Shown piece after piece: positions 26,995 to 32,000 of a stretch of DNA of 32,000 nt. The position numbers and the translations under genes were made by a program. Origin of the DNA: Sorangiineae bacterium NIC37A_2 (lineage in GTDB: Bacteria > Myxococcota_A > Polyangia > Polyangiales > Polyangiaceae); contig NASX01000020.1 of NCBI GenBank assembly GCA_002085155.1, forward strand, positions 29,518 to 61,517, written 5' to 3'. Below the pieces are notes generated by a model that was not told the DNA's origin, ran no database searches, and was given only the letters and a program-made list of their open reading frames with translations. Numbering within the stretch: position 1 is the first letter of the stretch; each line of letters opens with the position of its first letter.

Positions 26995-28325
26995 GACGCC
27001 GTGGGCTCCTCAACGACCGTGAGCTGCCGGCTCTTCCGAATCAGACCGACGAGCTTCGGTGCGGGTGTGAGAGTCAGAGGCTCTTCCAGCCAAGACATGC
27101 CGAGCGCCGCGGCGGCCTGTTTTGCCTGATCGAGGAGCTCCTTCGCCGTAACGCGGTCGAGGGAGAAAGACTTCGCTTCGCCGCCGTCACTCGGGAGGAG
27201 CTCGAGATTCAGCGGACCGAGGGCACGGAGGGCACAGCGGGAGCGGAGATCGTAACCGTTGTCTCGTTGGTAGGCGATGGCCGCGAGAGCAAGCGCGGCC
27301 AGGAGAGTTCGCGCGGCGTCTTCAGCTCTTCTACGATTTTCTCCCTCGAGCCGTTCACCGTCGGCAGTCGTGGCGAAGCGGAGGCGACGGAGCGCAGGGA
27401 GGGATAGAACAGTGAGTTGCTCGGCGTAGTCGACGGTGACGCCGCCGGTTTCGGCATCTTGCGAAGGCTTTACGTTGCCGTGGTTGATGACGGCGGGGGA
27501 ACCCGCCTTCTCGCCTCCCCTCTTCAGGAGCACGGGCTGCTTCTTATCGAGCTTCGCCTCGTTAGGATCCGTGGTCCAATCCTGAGACCCGCCTTCACCC
27601 GCCTGCTTTGCCTCATAGATGTCCGTCTTCTCGATGCCGGTCGGATCGATGCGGCTCGAGGTGCGCGTTCCGAGCTCCACCCCGACGCCGACGACTTCAC
27701 TCACAATGGCCCGCTGAAACTTCGAACCGAGGCCGCCTTTCGGACCGGTCGAGTCCCAGAGGCCAAAAACGAGCGAGGCCGGACACAAGGTGAAGAGAGG
27801 AGTCGCGTTCGACTGGGAAGCTTCAGTGAACCGCCGACCGGGATCGGTGTAACGGAAGGGCTTGCCGTCGAGGAGGCTGTCGCGAAGCAGCGCGTCGGCG
27901 AGACGATGGGGCGCTTCCAGCGTCGTGATGTAACCATCGCCTCCGAGGCTCGAGAGGTCGAGGGCGGGGTCATCGTGGGTTGCGCCCGTGAAGTCGACAC
28001 GAGCGAACGGAAAGCGGAGCTCGCCTCGGTCGTAGCCATCGAGGAGAGCCATCTCCATGCGGTTCGCTTGGGAGGCGACCGAATCGAGGACCACACAAAG
28101 CTTCGGGACGCCTTCGATTCGTCGCCATTCGAGGGCGTACTTCGAGCGGCGCCGCTCGTCGCGACTCTCGCCGACGGGCACGGGTACCTTTACCGCGTCC
28201 CCAAATGTGGGCGGGTAGAGCTTGTCATCGGGCCCGCCAAGCGGCTCGAGGCGAGTCACCGCGCGGAAGCCCGCGGCGGTTCCGGAGACGGCGTTTTTGA
28301 GATCTTCGTAGGTCAGCTTCGGCAT
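26991..28325 (-). CDS. csb1: Csb1 (type I-G/I-U Cas7 backbone, GSU0053 family)
   Basis: ASLVFGLWDSTGPKGGLGSKF, TRTSSRIDPTG and VINHGNVKPS are typical of Csb1/Cas7u. ATG 28325 is preceded by the purine-rich GAGAAGAGA. Confidence 0.88.
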   Translation of the reverse strand: MPKLTYEDLKNAVSGTAAGFRAVTRLEPLGGPDDKLYPPTFGDAVKVPVPVGESRDERRRSKYALEWRRIEGVPKLCVVLDSVASQANRMEMALLDGYDRGELRFPFARVDFTGATHDDPALDLSSLGGDGYITTLEAPHRLADALLRDSLLDGKPFRYTDPGRRFTEASQSNATPLFTLCPASLVFGLWDSTGPKGGLGSKFQRAIVSEVVGVGVELGTRTSSRIDPTGIEKTDIYEAKQAGEGGSQDWTTDPNEAKLDKKQPVLLKRGGEKAGSPAVINHGNVKPSQDAETGGVTVDYAEQLTVLSLPALRRLRFATTADGERLEGENRRRAEDAARTLLAALALAAIAYQRDNGYDLRSRCALRALGPLNLELLPSDGGEAKSFSLDRVTAKELLDQAKQAAAALGMSWLEEPLTLTPAPKLVGLIRKSRQLTVVEEPTAS

Positions 28326-28368
28326 CGGGTTCTCTTCTCGATTGGGCGAGGCTCAACGTCCGCAGCCC

Positions 28369-28397
28369 ATAGTGGATCGTAAATTAGATCAAATCAA
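28369..28397 (-). promoter_or_regulatory. Putative promoter of the csb1-led operon
   Basis: On the minus strand: TTGATT (28397..28392), 17 nt, CACTAT (28374..28369). This lies in the AT-richest patch upstream of csb1, about 40 nt before the ATG. The -10 match is weak. Confidence 0.25.
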
Positions 28398-28680
28398 CGT
28401 TATCTGTATTGGGCGGAAGGGTTTAAGGGAAACCCTGAAAACTAGTTGACGGCGCGTCGCATTCGGGACAAGTTCCTGTCCGTCCGAACAGTGTTCCTGC
28501 GCGGACCGAACCTGCCGGCCCTGGGGCTCTTTTGAGTCTCAGACACGCTTCCTCCTGCGCCCCCCCGGGTAGCTCGAGGCCCCATTGACGATCTGTGTTG
28601 GGTTGGAGGGTTCGCTCGGTGGTCTCGACCTTCCAGGCTGCTCGCAGCCTGGACCCCTTTGCTCCGAGACTCGACGATGA

Positions 28681-28893
28681 ATGTGCTACTTCCGAGTCGT
28701 GACGTTCCCCCGCATCACCGTCCGTCAGGACCAATTGGGTGGTGTTCCGTGTATCCGGGGCCTCCGAATCCCCGTGTCGGTGGTCATCGATATGGTCGCG
28801 GACGGCATGTCCGAGCAGGAGATTCTCGATCTCTTTCCGGATCTCGAGCGAGACGACCTCGAGGCGGTCATTCAATTCGCCTCCGGTGGCTAG
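28681..28893 (+). CDS. DUF433-like small protein (antitoxin/HTH-like family)
   Basis: PRITVRQDQLGGVPCIRGLRIPVSVVIDMVADGMSEQEILDLFPDLERDDLEAVIQFA fits the DUF433 pattern (I..dP....G.P.I.GTRIpV..v...l..G.s.eEIl..yP.L..eDi.aal.yA). G/C third-position bias is good. It is divergent from the cas operon. Confidence 0.65.
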   Translation: MCYFRVVTFPRITVRQDQLGGVPCIRGLRIPVSVVIDMVADGMSEQEILDLFPDLERDDLEAVIQFASGG

Positions 28894-29109
28894 TTCGCGC
28901 CCCGCCAGAGCTCGATCGCTTCCTTCCAGTCCATGGTCGACCCCCTCCATCTCTTCCCCCCGTTCGAAACGAATGGCCAACAGTACATCAGAGCCCGTCC
29001 GGATAAAATGACTATTTGGAGGTCGGGGGCATTTTCTGACAGAGGACCTCAAAATCGCGCGGCGGGGCGGCCTCTCGGTGACAGAAACCGATAACATCTC
29101 GCGTTCGTC

Positions 29110-29135
29110 GCCCTTCGGACCGTTGTCCGAAGGGC
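29110..29135. other. Perfect 11-bp GC-rich stem-loop in a non-coding stretch
   Basis: GCCCTTCGGAC-cgtt-GTCCGAAGGGC. There is no adjacent T/A tract on either strand. Confidence 0.3.
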
Positions 29136-29570
29136 AGGGCGTTGGGCCTTCGGGGACGAAAGGACGCGCGGGAGGAGGCGGGGCTCCGCCGCTACTTTGT
29201 CCGCGGCGCTCGAACTCGACGAGCCTCTGAGCGGCTTCACGAAGGCGGCCGAGGAAGCGGGCGCTCTTCGTTGGAACGCTGTGGCTGCTGAGCCATGTGT
29301 GAGCCTTTGCCATGCACCATGAATACGCGCACGAACCGTGAGCTTTCTACGAGGGGTTTGTTCAGCGGGACATATGTTGTCCGAGCAGTGATGCGTGGCG
29401 GCGATAGAGGGCCTTAGGTGGGGCAAATTATGTCCGCATCGGCCCCGCTGGGTGAAATTGGGCTTGACTTGGCTCGGGTCCTGCTCGACCGGTAGCACCC
29501 GGGAGCCTGGGGGACGCTCCGACTCGTCCGCTTGCGCCCGAGTGATGAGGCGCGATAGGCCGGGGGACGC

Positions 29571-32000
29571 ATGAGTGAGACACCGGCAGAAAGCGAGGCG
29601 AGGCCGACTTTGAGCTGGGATGAGCTCGGGCCCGTGGGGGAGGGAGTTCTCATGCTGGCCAGCCTGCTCGGGCCATTCGAAGGGAACGCCGCCGCCGGAA
29701 GGGCGATGGCCGAATGGTCAAGGGCCCTCGAAGGCACGAGGAAGCTGAGCAAGACGACGCTCATCAACGAATACCGAAGCCTTCGGGATCGCGGCTGGCT
29801 TCGTCCGGTCGGGACGCACGGCTCGAGGGTCGTGCCCGTGGCGGCGCACTTTGCGCTCGAGCGGGTGCCGATGCCCGTGCTCCACGAGCTCTTGGGATCG
29901 CTCGAACGAGGGCGTGGCATTTTCGAGAAAGCACATCTGGTGCCCCTGGCCGCCCTCTATGCGGGCAACCATCGCGCCTTCGAAACGGCCGTGCGGTACG
30001 TCGAATCGCCTCGCGCGAAAGAAGCTCTCTATCTGGAGGTGCTCGAACTGCACGAGATCAGCCAGCGGATCCGCCTGCTCCCTGAGAGACATCGTCCGGA
30101 GGCGACGCTCATCGCGTTCACGGCCGCGTCAGAGAATCTCGCGCCGGGTCGAGATGAGTGGCGAGAACTATTGCTCGCCCTCCCGCCGTCGGCGGACCGT
30201 TCGCGAGCTTTGCTTTCGCTCGGGACCCTCGACGCGCTCGCCTCCGACCGCATAGCGGCGGAGAAATTACGACTTGAACTCGGTCCCGACCTCTCGCACC
30301 TGCTCGGGGCAGCCCTGGCGTTCGCGGACTTCCGTGTCGAGGACGCTCGGTCCGAGCTCATCATGGCAACGGCGGCCTCTCGCGGCCCGAAGGGGAACAA
30401 GAAGGCGAAGCTCGAAGGCCTCCTCGTCGATATATTCTACGCCCTCCTCGCGACCGGCGACGCGGCGCACAAGCGGGCGGCGATTGAGCTGGAAGGAACT
30501 GTCTCGAAGCGGCGGAATTCCGCGGCGGACGTGGCCCGCGCGCTCGCCGCTTGGGCTGCACAGCAGCCCGTCGAGGTCTGGCGAGAGGACGCGCCCCCTG
30601 GGTTGTTCGGTCAGGCGTGCCTTGCCTTTCTGATCCTCTGGGGCTCGGAGGCCGGGATCCTCGAAATGAGGGCGCAAAGCGTCACAGCCATCGTGGACAT
30701 AGCGTCGCTCGCCGGGCGGCGTGGATACGGCGCGCTCGAGCAGATCCTCGTTCGAGGCGTCGATGCGCTCGGCACGAAGACTCCATCGTGGCTCATGGCC
30801 TCGGTGCAACGCTCCGAGCCCTGGGAAGTCGCCCTCCAAGAGCTCGAGGGCCTGGCGACCCGCACCGAAGGCAAGAGGCAGGAAGTCGACGAACAGGGAG
30901 GAGGGGAGCAGCTTTATTGGAAGATTGAAGAACTCAGAGGCGGTTACGCCGAAGTGAGCCCGCGCCTGCGCAAGACTTCGAAGAAGGGAGAACAGAAGGG
31001 CCGAGCCGTCGCCCTGAAGCGGCTCGCTTCTCTCGACCGATCGATCATCGACGAACACGATGTTCCGGCGATCGGCTGTGTCCGCGCGTCTCCTGGATTT
31101 TACGGCAGTGAGTATTTCTTGAGCGAAAAGATCGTCCTCGCCCTCGTGGGGCACCCCCGAGTGCTCGACGAAAAGGATCGACCATTACGCGTCGTGGGGA
31201 AGTCGCTCGAACTGTCCGTCGAGAGCGGCCCGTCGGGCTACCGAATCCGGGCTGAGCCTCGAGACTGCCATCGAGCTGGCCCGTTTGCGGTCAGAAGCGG
31301 CGGAGAGCTCCGCGTCTACTCGATCTCTGAGGAAGATCTCTCGCTCCTGAAGCGCTTCGCCGATCCGAAGGTCGTATTCCCTGAGACGGCGCGAGAGCGT
31401 CTGGGCGGGCTCCTCGCGCGTCTCGCGGGTACGCTCGAGGTCCATTCCGAGCTCGACGAGGGCGAGGTGACCGAAGTTGGTGACGCTCGACCGACGGTCG
31501 TGCTCGACCGCGAACATCCAGGATTGCGCGTCACGATGGGCGTTCGCCCGCTCGGCCCTTCCGGGCCGCTCTTGGTCCCGGGGGTCGGCGCGTCGGTGGT
31601 GCGGCATGGCGCTCTAGGAGAGACGCTCCGGGTTCGGCGGGACCTGGAACAGGAGAAGCGCCTCCTCGGCGAGGTCTTGGAGCGCTCGCCGATCCTGGCG
31701 TCCTTCGGTATCGTAGGGGAGGCGGAGAAGCTCTCGGATCTCGACCAGTGTTATGAGCTGATCCTGAGTCTCACTGAGCTTGGAGAGGCCCTGCGGGTCG
31801 AATGGCGCGAGGGCAGTCCGCTCAAGGTTCCGACCAGCGTGCGGGCGGAGATGGTCAAGGTTCATATCGGGGCGTCGCCGGATTGGCTCTCGGCCACTCT
31901 GAACATCGAACCGAGTCCGGGGGAGCTCATCCTGATGCAGGAGCTCCTCTCCTCCTTCGCGGAGACGAAAGGGCGCTTCATCGAGCTCTCGAACGGTGAG
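29571..32000 (+). CDS. Large protein (at least 810 aa in window) running off the right edge. It resembles the N-terminal SNF2-associated region of bacterial SNF2-family helicases.
   Basis: Not in the ORF track (no stop in window). I read the frame starting at ATG 29571 (MSETPAESEARPTLSWDELGPVGEG...) and found no stop through 32000, with sustained G/C third-position bias. The end of the window reads ...SPDWLSATLNIEPSPGELILMQELLSSFAETKGRFIELSNGE, resembling the DWF...v.v.g..v.l..ll.a...g.ryv.L.dG element upstream of SNF2 ATPase cores. The minus ORFs 30267..31154, 31185..31607 and 31614..31865 are antisense shadows. The product call has low confidence. Confidence 0.7.
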   Translation, partial: MSETPAESEARPTLSWDELGPVGEGVLMLASLLGPFEGNAAAGRAMAEWSRALEGTRKLSKTTLINEYRSLRDRGWLRPVGTHGSRVVPVAAHFALERVPMPVLHELLGSLERGRGIFEKAHLVPLAALYAGNHRAFETAVRYVESPRAKEALYLEVLELHEISQRIRLLPERHRPEATLIAFTAASENLAPGRDEWRELLLALPPSADRSRALLSLGTLDALASDRIAAEKLRLELGPDLSHLLGAALAFADFRVEDARSELIMATAASRGPKGNKKAKLEGLLVDIFYALLATGDAAHKRAAIELEGTVSKRRNSAADVARALAAWAAQQPVEVWREDAPPGLFGQACLAFLILWGSEAGILEMRAQSVTAIVDIASLAGRRGYGALEQILVRGVDALGTKTPSWLMASVQRSEPWEVALQELEGLATRTEGKRQEVDEQGGGEQLYWKIEELRGGYAEVSPRLRKTSKKGEQKGRAVALKRLASLDRSIIDEHDVPAIGCVRASPGFYGSEYFLSEKIVLALVGHPRVLDEKDRPLRVVGKSLELSVESGPSGYRIRAEPRDCHRAGPFAVRSGGELRVYSISEEDLSLLKRFADPKVVFPETARERLGGLLARLAGTLEVHSELDEGEVTEVGDARPTVVLDREHPGLRVTMGVRPLGPSGPLLVPGVGASVVRHGALGETLRVRRDLEQEKRLLGEVLERSPILASFGIVGEAEKLSDLDQCYELILSLTELGEALRVEWREGSPLKVPTSVRAEMVKVHIGASPDWLSATLNIEPSPGELILMQELLSSFAETKGRFIELSNGE

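Noticed and set aside
17057-28382. Long plus-strand ORFs opposite the cas genes (17057..17659, 18560..19852, 20150..20881, 21553..22257, 22125..23498, 23969..25333, 25813..26421, 27417..28382)
   Set aside because: These are antisense shadow ORFs typical of high-GC DNA. Their translations are Arg/Ala/Gly-rich with no motifs, whereas the minus-strand frames carry clear Cas signatures and G/C third-position bias.
28423-29498. Minus ORFs 28423..29313 (296 aa) and 29049..29498 (149 aa)
   Set aside because: The first overlaps the well-supported DUF433-like gene in antisense. Both have low-complexity Arg/Pro/Ser-rich translations and no recognisable domain.
30267-31865. Minus-strand ORFs 30267..31154 (295 aa), 31185..31607 and 31614..31865
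   Set aside because: They are opposite the uninterrupted plus-strand frame 29571..32000. Their translations are Arg/Pro/Ser-rich with poor third-position bias.

Overview
GC-rich window with strong G/C third-codon-position bias and Gly/Ser-rich lipoprotein linkers. By inference this looks like Myxococcota or a similar high-GC deltaproteobacterium. The core (6785-28325, all on the minus strand) is one large composite CRISPR-Cas locus. It has a 45-repeat array, a leader, cas2, a cas4-cas1 fusion, a short Cas8u-like gene and a type I-G/I-U cas3 with a C-terminal HD domain. After a 243-nt gap come a small unknown ORF, a CARF-HEPN gene, a complete type III-B module (cmr6-cmr5-cmr4-cmr3-cas10-cmr1) and the type I-G genes csb2 (cas5-cas6 fusion) and csb1 (cas7). 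In the direction of transcription the order is csb1-csb2-cmr1-cas10-cmr3-cmr4-cmr5-cmr6-CARF/HEPN-orf106 | cas3-cas8u | cas4/1-cas2-leader-array. So a III-B module lies between the I-G backbone genes and I-G cas3/cas8, joined by overlapping stop/start codons. There is one array and no stand-alone cas6. Flanks on the left: an edge-truncated secreted glycoside-hydrolase-like gene, a CAP/SCP-domain lipoprotein, a HEAT-repeat protein and a Ser/Thr-rich secreted protein. Flanks on the right: a DUF433-like small gene, about 680 nt without convincing coding, and a long edge-truncated ORF resembling the N-terminal region of bacterial SNF2-family helicases. Both edge-truncated genes are missing from the supplied ORF track because they have no in-window stop. 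I found them by reading the frames. All family assignments come from motif recognition by eye. No searches were run.
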